Shown: piece after piece, positions 14,572 through 21,767 of the stretch
Numbering within the stretch: position 1 is the stretch's first letter
How the letters are laid out: each line of letters opens with the position of its first letter
From: Candidatus Geocrenenecus dongiae
GTDB taxonomy: Archaea; Thermoproteota; Nitrososphaeria_A; Caldarchaeales; Wolframiiraptoraceae
Direction of reading: 5' to 3'
NCBI GenBank assembly: GCA_023267855.1
Contig: JALNLN010000019.1
Coordinates: 5,546 to 29,545 of the forward strand
Length of the DNA stretch: 24,000 bases
Position numbers and translations under genes: made by a program
The notes under the pieces: generated by a model
Told to the model about the DNA's origin: nothing
Seen by the model: only the letters and a program-made list of their open reading frames with translations
Database searches by the model: none

Positions 14572-15168
14572 TTAATATTTACTAGTATAAGTATTTTCTG
14601 CAATCATTGTTAATGCTTTCTTCGCGATGTTTGCTGCAGCATTCACATCTCTATTATACTCTGCTCCACATATACTACATCTAAACTCTCTCGAATTGGA
14701 TGGTTCATTTATATGACCACATCTATGACATGTCCTCGAACTATTGTTCGGATCAACATATACTACTTCTACCCCATTTATTAATGCTTTATACTCAATA
14801 AACTTCTGCAATTTCCTATATGGTAGATTGTGTAATCTTCTATTGAGCTCTCTACTGTAATCTATTTTCTCTCTTAAGCCTTCTAGCTCTTCCATTACTA
14901 TCATAGGTTTAGGAAACTGTTTGACAAACTCCACTATCTCCTTCGATATAATATGTAATTGTTCTTTTACTTTCCTTCTTTCTCTATCTTTAAATTCTGG
15001 GGAGCTGATTACTATTCTTGACGAGAAGAATAGTTTTGAAATAGGAGAAGCTCCATTAACAGAGCTGGAGAGAAAAGCGGTTGAATGGTTTAGTAAAGTT
15101 TTCCTTCTCCATGAGGGTATATAATATTGGGGGGTGAAGCGCTTATCAAGATAATAGATATTAACTTC
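14572..15168 (-). pseudogene. tnpB: 5'-truncated tnpB (IS200/IS605-family, IS1341-type RNA-guided nuclease), C-terminal half only
   Basis: The frame is open for 198 codons from the in-frame TAA at 15169-15171, and the first start codon is GTG 14934. The sequence reads ...KDRERRKVKEQLHIISKEIVEFVKQFPKPMIVMEELEGL (RuvC-II Glu), NRRLHNLPYRKLQKFIEYKA, zinc finger CHRCGH...CSICG, and RDVNAAANI (RuvC-III Asp). The WED/REC and RuvC-I parts are missing. Confidence 0.8.
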
Positions 15169-15194
15169 TTATAGAGAGTATTTACTTGAGAGTT

Positions 15195-15821
15195 ATGCTT
15201 CTTCACATTGATGAAGAAACGATATTAGATCTAGTTACTTTGATAAGTGGGGAGAATGGAGAGAAGATTGTAAGATTCCTCTTGAAGAAGCCTGGGATAA
15301 CAGATGAAGAACTTTCTCAGCTTACGCATCTAGATATTAAAGAAGTTAGAAAAATTCTCCATAAACTCAATGAGAGCGGGATACTTTACTACGATCTAGC
15401 TAGAGAGAAAGATACTGGACACAGGATATTCAAATGGTATATTAGTCAGGAACAAGCGATAGGATTTATCTTAACTAATATGAGGAAGATTCTCGATAGA
15501 CTTGAAGAGAGATTAGAGTATGAGAAAAATCATCAATTCTACTGGTGTGGAACACAGGGATGTAGAAAACTGCCTTTTGAGGAAGCCATGGACCACCTAT
15601 TCAAATGTCCAACATGTAGAAAACCACTCCAACTAATAGACAATGAACAAACAATCAGAGCACTTGAAGAAAAGATCAACGAGGTCAAGAGACATTTAGA
15701 ACAACTATCTAAAGTGAAGAAGATAGAAGAGACTGAGAAACCAGAAGCTAAAGCTCCATCGAAACAGAAAGAATCTTCAAAGACAACTAAAACAAAGACA
15801 GCTACTACTGTGAAGAAATAA
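15195..15821 (+). CDS. tfe: Transcription factor E alpha subunit (TFE, TFIIE-alpha homolog)
   Basis: A winged-helix N-terminus ([49 protein letters not shown]) is followed by a zinc ribbon (CGTQGC...CPTCRKPL) and a Lys/Thr-rich tail. The track start TTG 15186 is an alternative. Confidence 0.85.
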   Translation: MLLHIDEETILDLVTLISGENGEKIVRFLLKKPGITDEELSQLTHLDIKEVRKILHKLNESGILYYDLAREKDTGHRIFKWYISQEQAIGFILTNMRKILDRLEERLEYEKNHQFYWCGTQGCRKLPFEEAMDHLFKCPTCRKPLQLIDNEQTIRALEEKINEVKRHLEQLSKVKKIEETEKPEAKAPSKQKESSKTTKTKTATTVKK

Positions 15822-15823
15822 TC

Positions 15824-16363
15824 ATGAGCAGGATAGTAGTTCTCAGATTGGGACACAGAATTCACAGAGATATAAGAATTACAACACACGTGGCTCTTAC
15901 AGCTAGAGCATTCGGAGCAGACAAAATCATCATATCTGGAGATAGAGATGAAAGATTAATAGAAAGATTAAAGAAGATTGTTGAGAAATGGGGTGGAGAT
16001 TTCAACGTAGAGTATGAGGAAGACTGGAGGAGATCGATAAGAAGCTGGAAGGAGGGTGGAGGAAAAATAATACATCTAACGATGTATGGTGTTAATCTTC
16101 CAGATATTATTGAAGAGTTGAGAAGATGCTGGGAGGAGAACGATGTAATGATTGTTGTAGGGTCGGAGAAAGTTCCAAGAGAAGTCTACGTATTAGCAGA
16201 CTACAACGTAGCAATATCAAACCAGCCTCATAGTGAAGTTGCAGCAATAGCAGTACTATTAGATTGGCTCTTTCAAGGAAAAGAATTATCTAGAGAATTT
16301 CCTAACGCTAAACTGAAAATAATACCTCAACCATGTGGAAAGAAAGTTGTTAGACTAGACTAG
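15824..16363 (+). CDS. trm56: tRNA (cytidine56-2'-O)-methyltransferase aTrm56 (SPOUT)
   Basis: [36 protein letters not shown] matches the aTrm56 N-terminal signature. Size (179 aa) fits. Confidence 0.88.
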   Translation: MSRIVVLRLGHRIHRDIRITTHVALTARAFGADKIIISGDRDERLIERLKKIVEKWGGDFNVEYEEDWRRSIRSWKEGGGKIIHLTMYGVNLPDIIEELRRCWEENDVMIVVGSEKVPREVYVLADYNVAISNQPHSEVAAIAVLLDWLFQGKELSREFPNAKLKIIPQPCGKKVVRLD

Positions 16364-16548
16364 CTTTCAATCCTTTCTTCAAGATTCAGACTTCCACATA
16401 CAGTGGACAAGCCTATATGCGTACCAGTACAACAACGAAAACTATCAAAATAAAGAATCCGCGGAAAAGAGGGGGAAATATTCAAAACAAATAAAAGTAC
16501 TCTCATCATTTTTTAATCTTCGAATCAAACCAAACATAATGTTAAAAT

Positions 16549-16558
16549 TTTAAATATA
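16549..16558 (+). promoter_or_regulatory. TATA box for tRNA-Val(GAC)
   Basis: TTTAAATATA is centred 27 nt upstream of tRNA position 1. Confidence 0.5.
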
Positions 16559-16579
16559 GGATAGCGGGAGAGAGATAGT

Positions 16580-16670
16580 GGGCCGGTAGTCTAGAGGCTA
16601 TGACGCCGCCCTGACAGAGATAAACTCCAGAATGCGGCGGAGGACGTGGGTTCGAATCCCACCCGGCCCA
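16580..16670 (+). tRNA. tRNA-Val (anticodon GAC) with an 18-nt intron in the anticodon loop
   Basis: Exons are identical to the 12958-13030 gene except for the anticodon loop. The loop CTGAC(A) is followed by an 18-nt insert (about 16617-16634, GAGATAAACTCCAGAATG if spliced 37/38) before C-GGCGG. Junctions one nt either way give the same length. Confidence 0.9.
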
Positions 16671-16680
16671 TCTTAATAGA

Positions 16681-16686
16681 TTTTTT
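16681..16686 (+). terminator. Oligo-T termination signal after tRNA-Val(GAC)
   Basis: A T6 run lies 11 nt past the tRNA 3' end. Archaeal RNA polymerase terminates at oligo-T. Confidence 0.4.
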
Positions 16687-16944
16687 ATTTATTCTATGCT
16701 GAATTATTTCTGGTTAATATAATTGTTATCGTGGTATTGTTAGGAGTGGGTGTGGTGACTGCAATTACTTCACTGCCCACATAGTACAGTCTCGTCGATA
16801 TTGTTACATCGTGTCACGTGAATAATCATCTTTTAATTCTTAATGTCTTGGAGGGGTTATGTTATGGAATCTTAAAGGATCGTAATTGTTGATCTTTATG
16901 TATTGAGTGTTGTCTAGAAGATGTTTGGATTTTATTTTGTATTT

Positions 16945-18078
16945 TTAAATTGTTCCTCCTAATATTAAGCTCCAGTAAAGTTTGTTCACCATCTTTTTTC
17001 CTAGATACCATAGATAGCTGAATCTAGGCTTCTTGGGAGGGTTCTCGTAATTGAAATCCATGTATATTGCTTTTCTGAATCCTGCGTCGCAGAAGCATAC
17101 TACTCTCCCGTCATACACTAGTTTACTCTTCTGTCCAGTAATATCTGCATATATTCTTTTGCCAACTACTTTTGCTTCAAAATGTGCAGCTGCTCCAGAC
17201 TTAGATACAGGTAGGTTTGTAGCATCTCCAATAACATATACTTCACTGTACTCTTTATACTGGAGGGTATGTTTATCTACTGGTATCCATCCACTGTCAA
17301 CCCCGAGTCCAGACTCCTCGACTACTTTTGCACCTCTATGAGGTGGAACCATAACTAGTAGATCGAATTTCAGAGATTCTCCTTCTAGAGAATAAACTAT
17401 CTTTTTCTCAGGATCTACTGACTCTATATTGAACATTGGATGCCAGTATATGTTCTTCTTTTCCATCATTTCTGTTATTGCTTCTGCTACAGCTTCGTGA
17501 GGAAATGTTCTGGGTAGAGGTGATAGGTAGTGTATCTCAACTTTATCTCTCATCTTCTTTCTCGTGAAGTAGTAGTCTAGTAAACAGCAGAACTCTGCAG
17601 GTGCTGGTGGACACTTGTAGGGTATCCCACCTATACCAACCGCTATGACTCCTCCAGTAAATTCTTCTAAAACTTTACTTAATCTTCTAGCTTCTTCTAA
17701 ACTGTAAAAGTGATATGCGATCTGGTATCCAGGTACTTCTTCTGGAACTATCCGAGAACCCGTAGCTATAACTAGATAGTCATAATCTAGTTTACCTGTT
17801 CTCTCTAGAGCTACGTACCTATTCTCTACATCAATTCCAACAGCATTATCTATAATTAATTTAACATTTTTGTTTAATAGTTCTTTTTCTTCTCTTGCGA
17901 TGTCTCTTTCTTTAAGATTGTATCCTAGAGCTGTATATATGAAAGCTGGCTGGTAGATGTGTTTAGAGGAGTCGTTTACAACGATTATTTCAGCTTCTTT
18001 TCTTGAGAGTTTCCTAGCTAGAACATTTGCTACTATTGTTCCACCTGTTCCTCCACCAACTACTAGGATCCTCTTCAT
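16945..18078 (-). CDS. FAD-dependent pyridine nucleotide-disulfide oxidoreductase, sulfide:quinone oxidoreductase (SQR)-like
   Basis: N-terminal Rossmann motif ILVVGGGTGGT. Candidate redox cysteines lie in YKCPPAPAEFCC and VVCFCDAG. Size is 377 aa. It is the last gene of a dsrE-tusA operon. Confidence 0.75.
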   Translation of the reverse strand: MKRILVVGGGTGGTIVANVLARKLSRKEAEIIVVNDSSKHIYQPAFIYTALGYNLKERDIAREEKELLNKNVKLIIDNAVGIDVENRYVALERTGKLDYDYLVIATGSRIVPEEVPGYQIAYHFYSLEEARRLSKVLEEFTGGVIAVGIGGIPYKCPPAPAEFCCLLDYYFTRKKMRDKVEIHYLSPLPRTFPHEAVAEAITEMMEKKNIYWHPMFNIESVDPEKKIVYSLEGESLKFDLLVMVPPHRGAKVVEESGLGVDSGWIPVDKHTLQYKEYSEVYVIGDATNLPVSKSGAAAHFEAKVVGKRIYADITGQKSKLVYDGRVVCFCDAGFRKAIYMDFNYENPPKKPRFSYLWYLGKKMVNKLYWSLILGGTI

Positions 18079-18090
18079 ACTTCTACGTCT

Positions 18091-18330
18091 TCACTTAACT
18101 TTCTTGACAATAAATTCTGTGTATCCTTCTCTCTCATAGACACCTATTAACTGATGTCCAGCTTTCTCAACCCATCTAGGTATATCCGTCTTTGAACCAC
18201 TATCAGTAGAATAGACAGCAATAACTTCACCGATTTTTGCATTTCTAATAGTTTTTATCAACTCCATAAGTGGGCCGGGGCAGTGACTGCCCCTAGCATC
18301 CACAACCCTATCCACTTTAATCTCACTCAT
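18091..18330 (-). CDS. tusA: TusA/SirA-family sulfur carrier protein
   Basis: 79 aa with the [18 protein letters not shown] motif (Cys-Pro-x-Pro active site). Confidence 0.88.
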   Translation of the reverse strand: MSEIKVDRVVDARGSHCPGPLMELIKTIRNAKIGEVIAVYSTDSGSKTDIPRWVEKAGHQLIGVYEREGYTEFIVKKVK

Positions 18331-18359
18331 TACACTTACCCTCCAGATTCAGCTATCCC

Positions 18360-18791
18360 TTAGATAAATAAAGTTATACTGCTTTCTTTAGCTTTTTCTA
18401 AGAATTCTCCTACCCCAACTACACCGTCTATCAGTTCTGATAATTCTTCTTTCTTCATCTGGAATAAATCGTAAGTCATAGCACATGCATATATTTTCAC
18501 GTTCCCAAGTTCTTTAGCTTGTCTAAGCATCTCTATCCAATGGGGTACATTCTTTGCCTTGAATACGTTCATCACGAGCGGGGCCATTTCTTCAAAGTCT
18601 TTAGAGATCTTTCCAGGCTTATTGAGCTGGTCTTTTCTAAATGCGTTGAGACCCCAGAATGTGAGAAATATCTCTACATCCATACCCATGGCCGTAGCTC
18701 CAGATGCTAGTATCGCTACTGGGTAAAGCTTATCCACAGTTCCTGAAAAAGCTATAATTGAAAGCTTCTCTTTCTTAACCTGACCATTCAT
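18360..18791 (-). CDS. DsrE/DsrF-like sulfur-relay family protein
   Basis: 143 aa. It has IIAFSGT...AILASGA, FLTFWGL and a single Cys in KIYACAMTYDLF. This is typical of the DsrE-like proteins found next to tusA. Confidence 0.75.
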   Translation of the reverse strand: MNGQVKKEKLSIIAFSGTVDKLYPVAILASGATAMGMDVEIFLTFWGLNAFRKDQLNKPGKISKDFEEMAPLVMNVFKAKNVPHWIEMLRQAKELGNVKIYACAMTYDLFQMKKEELSELIDGVVGVGEFLEKAKESSITLFI

Positions 18792-19034
18792 AATAAGAAA
18801 TATCTTGTAAGAACGTAATAAGTCTTCTTGAGTAACAACTTTATGGAATGAAGCGGTTATTCGAAATCAACACAAGAAAATGTTTTCTCACTACATTTCA
18901 GCCTCATGAAATAAATAGACCTTTAAGCAAAAACTGTACATAACCTTCCCAATATTAGATGTCCCAGAAGTTTTTGAAGATTTCTTTAATTTTAAACTTG
19001 ACCAGATAAACTATAGTAGATGAGGTGGTGTGTA

Positions 19035-19073
19035 ATGTTTTTTACTAGACTCTACTCTTATCTTACTGGATGA
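19035..19073 (+). CDS. 12-codon leader ORF (MFFTRLYSYLTG), putative
   Basis: TGAGGTG (19021-19027) matches the anti-SD of archaeal 16S 3' ends and lies 7 nt before ATG 19035. Its stop TGA 19071-19073 overlaps ATG 19070 of the zinc-ribbon ORF (ATGA). Confidence 0.3.
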   Translation: MFFTRLYSYLTG

Positions 19074-19228
19074 GTAGTAAAAGTAGGAGGAATATTGTTA
19101 AGTGTCCTAACTGTGGACATGTTTTCGAGGTTAGTTATTCTAGAGTCTTTTCATGTGGTGGATGCCCATCTGTTATCTCATGTAAATACGTTAAGTGTCC
19201 AGAATGTGGTTACGAATTCCAAAAATAA
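19070..19228 (+). CDS. Small CPxCG-type zinc-ribbon protein, 52 aa (below the ORF-track size cut-off)
   Basis: My translation is MSSKSRRNIVKCPNCGHVFEVSYSRVFSCGGCPSVISCKYVKCPECGYEFQK*. It has seven Cys arranged CxxC-x13-CxxC-x5-C-x4-CxxC. An in-frame TAG at 19046-19048 makes ATG 19070 the only start. Confidence 0.55.
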   Translation: MSSKSRRNIVKCPNCGHVFEVSYSRVFSCGGCPSVISCKYVKCPECGYEFQK

Positions 19229-19417
19229 TTACATAGCTACATGGAAATTAACGTATCTGAAATCTAAACTTCATCCTCTATTCAAGATTACACTAAAAAT
19301 ATACCACACTATCAGATTAACTGGTTTTCTCTTTCTCTTAACTGAAAAATGACTATTTTAGAGAAATAACTCGTGGAGCAGAAAAATGTAAATGAAAAAA
19401 TTTGGAGAAGTGAGGCA

Positions 19418-19774
19418 TTACTTTTTCTTTTTAGCTTTCTTAGCTGGCTTTACTACCGGCTTCTTTAAAGCTTTCTCTTTAAGATATAGAAATACGCTTT
19501 TCTCAACATAGTTATTGAGTTCTTCTAAGATTTTCTTAGCGTCTTCACTTTCAAAAGCTTTCTTGAATGTTTCTTCATTTCTGAAATCCATTTCCACGCA
19601 ACAATCAATAGGGGTTTCTGTTATCTGGTAGCCTCCTTGAACAAATTTTACTGATGCTGATCTGAGACCTGGAAGGGTTTTCAAGAACTTGCCGTACTTC
19701 TTCACAACGTATTGTTGGAAATCTTCAACAGAGATATCTGCTTTCTTCTTTAACTCTTGAATAACTTTCAGCAT
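19418..19774 (-). CDS. EthD-family (TIGR02118-like) ferredoxin-fold protein with poly-lysine tail
   Basis: LKVIQELKKKADISVEDFQQY...LPGLRSASV...CCVEMDFRNEETFKKAFESEDAKK fits the EthD/Dabb-like pattern. The C-terminus is KKPVVKPAKKAKKKK. Confidence 0.6.
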   Translation of the reverse strand: MLKVIQELKKKADISVEDFQQYVVKKYGKFLKTLPGLRSASVKFVQGGYQITETPIDCCVEMDFRNEETFKKAFESEDAKKILEELNNYVEKSVFLYLKEKALKKPVVKPAKKAKKKK

Positions 19775-20053
19775 ATTAATAACATTATAAAACCTGCTTT
19801 TAAGATTTACTCTTTATTTTTAGAATGACGTTCTACAATATCAAATTCGGATCTTCTAATTATTTCCTCACGATGGTAGCTTATTTTGACAATTTTATGA
19901 TGAATTTCGATTATCATAGTAATGTAGTTTGGGGATTAGGTAGAGGCGTTCCACACGCCCCTATAGTCTACTTTCTTCTTAATATTATTGAAGAAGTGTT
20001 CCTTTTTTATAAATCTTAAAAAGGTTGTTTGATTATGATGTTTTGAGGAATTG

Positions 20054-20746
20054 GTGACAGAGATAGTATTTGAACCAGGTGCTGAAAGGCTACATGTTAG
20101 AGATAGTGTATTTATAGAAGGTCTTCCAGGTGTAGGATTGGTTGCGAAAACCGCTGTCGCTTACTTGTTGAGTAAACTAGAAGCTAGGAAAGTTTGCCGA
20201 TTCTATTCAGCACATTTTCCGAATCTTGTTTATGTTAGAGATGGTAGATTTATACCGAATTTCGCTGATTTATACGTTGTAGAGAAGCCTAGACCACTAC
20301 TACTACTCTACGGGAACGCTCAGCCAACTTCAAGTTATGGACAACACGATTTCTGCGAGAAAGTACTAGATGTTGTTATAAATCTTGGAGCAAACTTCAT
20401 AATAACTCTTGGAGGATATGGTAAAGAAGAAGTCTCAGAGATAAGAGAAGTCTATGTTTCTTCAACTAGACATGAAACTATACTGAGAGTACTAAGAAAG
20501 ATTCCTGCTAAGACTTATGCTGGACAGATAGTTGGAGCTGCAGGATTACTAATAACACTTGCTGAAGAACGTGGGCTTGATAATCTCTCGATGCTCGTTG
20601 AATCTTCAGAGATGGTTCCAGATTACTATGCAGCTAAGAGAGCAATAGATTCTGTAAACGACTTACTTGACCTCGAACTTCAAGTTGGAGATGTAGATGA
20701 GGTATCTAGAGTCTACAGCTCAATACTCTACAAGTTAGAGTACTGA
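20054..20746 (+). CDS. PAC2-family protein (proteasome assembly chaperone-like, COG1938)
   Basis: FIEGLPGVGLVAKTAVAYLL is followed by a PAC2-like core. GAGG at 20045-20048 favours GTG 20054 over TTG 20051. Confidence 0.7.
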   Translation: MTEIVFEPGAERLHVRDSVFIEGLPGVGLVAKTAVAYLLSKLEARKVCRFYSAHFPNLVYVRDGRFIPNFADLYVVEKPRPLLLLYGNAQPTSSYGQHDFCEKVLDVVINLGANFIITLGGYGKEEVSEIREVYVSSTRHETILRVLRKIPAKTYAGQIVGAAGLLITLAEERGLDNLSMLVESSEMVPDYYAAKRAIDSVNDLLDLELQVGDVDEVSRVYSSILYKLEY

Positions 20747-20755
20747 GGTATCTTT

Positions 20756-21454
20756 ATGAGGGCTGGAAGACAAGAAGTAATGGGTAAAGGAATTTATGTT
20801 GAAGAATTCTTCGGGACACCCGAGGTGGGGCTGTTCGCAGTAGTTACAGAGAATATTTGTATAGTTCCACCACAACTTAAACCTAGACAAGAGAAGCTTA
20901 TATCTACAGTCTTTGAGGTAGAGGTGGTGAAGACAACTATAGCTGGATCCTACTTGATAGGGCCTCTCGTAGCTGGGAATAGTTATGGGCTCGTTATATC
21001 AAAGTTAGCTTTAGAAGAGGAGGTAGAGAAGATAAGAAGTATTGTAAGAGATCTAAACATTCTTCTACTTGAAAGCGTATACACTGCCGCAGGCAACCTA
21101 ATACTTACAAATGATAGAGCCGCACTCGTAAGTACATACTTCAGTAAGAAAGAGGTCAAGATGATAGAAGACACTCTTAATGTAGAAATTGTGCAGGGAA
21201 TGATTGCTCAAAGACCTTACGTCGGATCAATCTCAGTAGTAACTAATAATGGTGGACTGATACATGTAGAATCAACTGAAGAAGAAGTGAAATCTCTTTC
21301 AAAATATTTTAAAGTAGAATTTTTTCCTGGCACAGTTAATGATGGGGTTAAGTTTGTTAGAAGTGGAATTATAGCAAATAGTAGAGGAGCTGTAGTTGGT
21401 GCAAGAACAACAGGCCCTGAGTTAATGGTTATATCCAGAGCGTTGGGCGTGTAG
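20756..21454 (+). CDS. eif6: Translation initiation factor 6 (aIF6/eIF6)
   Basis: The pentein repeat pattern is present, with AAGNLILTNDRAALVS, VGSISVVTNNGGLIH and IIANSRGAVVGARTTGPEL. GAGGT lies 7-8 nt before ATG 20756. ATG 20780 is an alternative start. Confidence 0.92.
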   Translation: MRAGRQEVMGKGIYVEEFFGTPEVGLFAVVTENICIVPPQLKPRQEKLISTVFEVEVVKTTIAGSYLIGPLVAGNSYGLVISKLALEEEVEKIRSIVRDLNILLLESVYTAAGNLILTNDRAALVSTYFSKKEVKMIEDTLNVEIVQGMIAQRPYVGSISVVTNNGGLIHVESTEEEVKSLSKYFKVEFFPGTVNDGVKFVRSGIIANSRGAVVGARTTGPELMVISRALGV

Positions 21455-21455
21455 T

Positions 21456-21767
21456 TTAACGGTATATCTGGACGTGGGGTATACCGCCAACCTTAATTAC
21501 AGCTCCTTCATCTATCATTCCACGTTTCAATGCATAACCTACAATTCTATCTCCAAGTAAGTTTATTATTGTAGCTTCTTTGAAAGATTTATCGAGTTCT
21601 TCTTCTCCAACAATATATCCTCCATAAAACGCTCTACTAATTTCTATCGAAAATCCTTTACGAATTTCTATACTCTTCTCAAGAAGTTCCTCATCACATA
21701 CAGCTACGACAACTTCTCCAGTCTTAGAATGATGTATCTTTACCCAGAATCTACCACCCATCTCCAA
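21456..21767 (-). CDS. DUF424-family protein (COG2412)
   Basis: FWVKIHHSKTGEVVVAVCDEELLEK...FYGGYIVGEEEL is the characteristic DUF424 pattern. Confidence 0.75.
   Translation of the reverse strand: MEMGGRFWVKIHHSKTGEVVVAVCDEELLEKSIEIRKGFSIEISRAFYGGYIVGEEELDKSFKEATIINLLGDRIVGYALKRGMIDEGAVIKVGGIPHVQIYR

Noticed and set aside
14240-14575. 111-aa plus-strand ORF spanning the GC-rich element.
   Set aside because: Its first half is antisense to the 244-aa gene. Its second half is simply the GC-rich hairpin region read as protein (Pro/Gly/Arg-rich). An RNA/IS-end explanation fits better.
14921-15124. 67-aa plus-strand ORF.
   Set aside because: It is antisense to the still-open tnpB remnant frame, whose translation shows TnpB-like sequence (KDRERRKVKEQLHIISKEIV...).
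16364-16579. Minus-strand 49-codon ORF (MMRVLLFVLNISPSF...) beginning at an ATGATGA (16503-16509), which also resembles a C box. The tRNA TATA box is palindromic and could fire in this direction.
   Set aside because: There is no CUGA within sRNA distance. The peptide has no recognisable features and the ORF ends inside the trm56 stop region. Composition looks non-coding.
12958-16670. The idea that the two identical tRNA-Val bodies are attL/attR of an integrated element spanning 13031-16579.
   Set aside because: The interval contains essential core genes (tfe, trm56) and no integrase. Both tRNAs are complete genes with their own promoters rather than a gene plus a partial duplicate.
19095-19352. 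85-aa ORF from the track (MLSVLTVDMFSRLV...).
   Set aside because: It has a TTG start and a hydrophobic, low-complexity product that runs through obviously non-coding AT-rich DNA. The alternative frame over 19070-19228 gives an orderly CxxC zinc-ribbon, which is far less likely by chance.
19825-20019. 64-aa ORF in the EthD/PAC2 divergent spacer, an ATGATGA C-box-like heptamer at 19897-19903, and an imperfect GC hairpin at about 19944-19970.
   Set aside because: The product is Phe/Tyr/Asn-rich, typical of AT-rich non-coding DNA. No CUGA D/D' boxes follow the C-like box at sRNA spacing. The hairpin is only 4+3 bp with a mismatch.
20720-20746. A possible proteasome-docking HbYX motif at the PAC2-family C-terminus (...YKLEY).
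   Set aside because: HbYX requires Tyr at the penultimate position. Here Tyr is the last residue, so the motif is not met.
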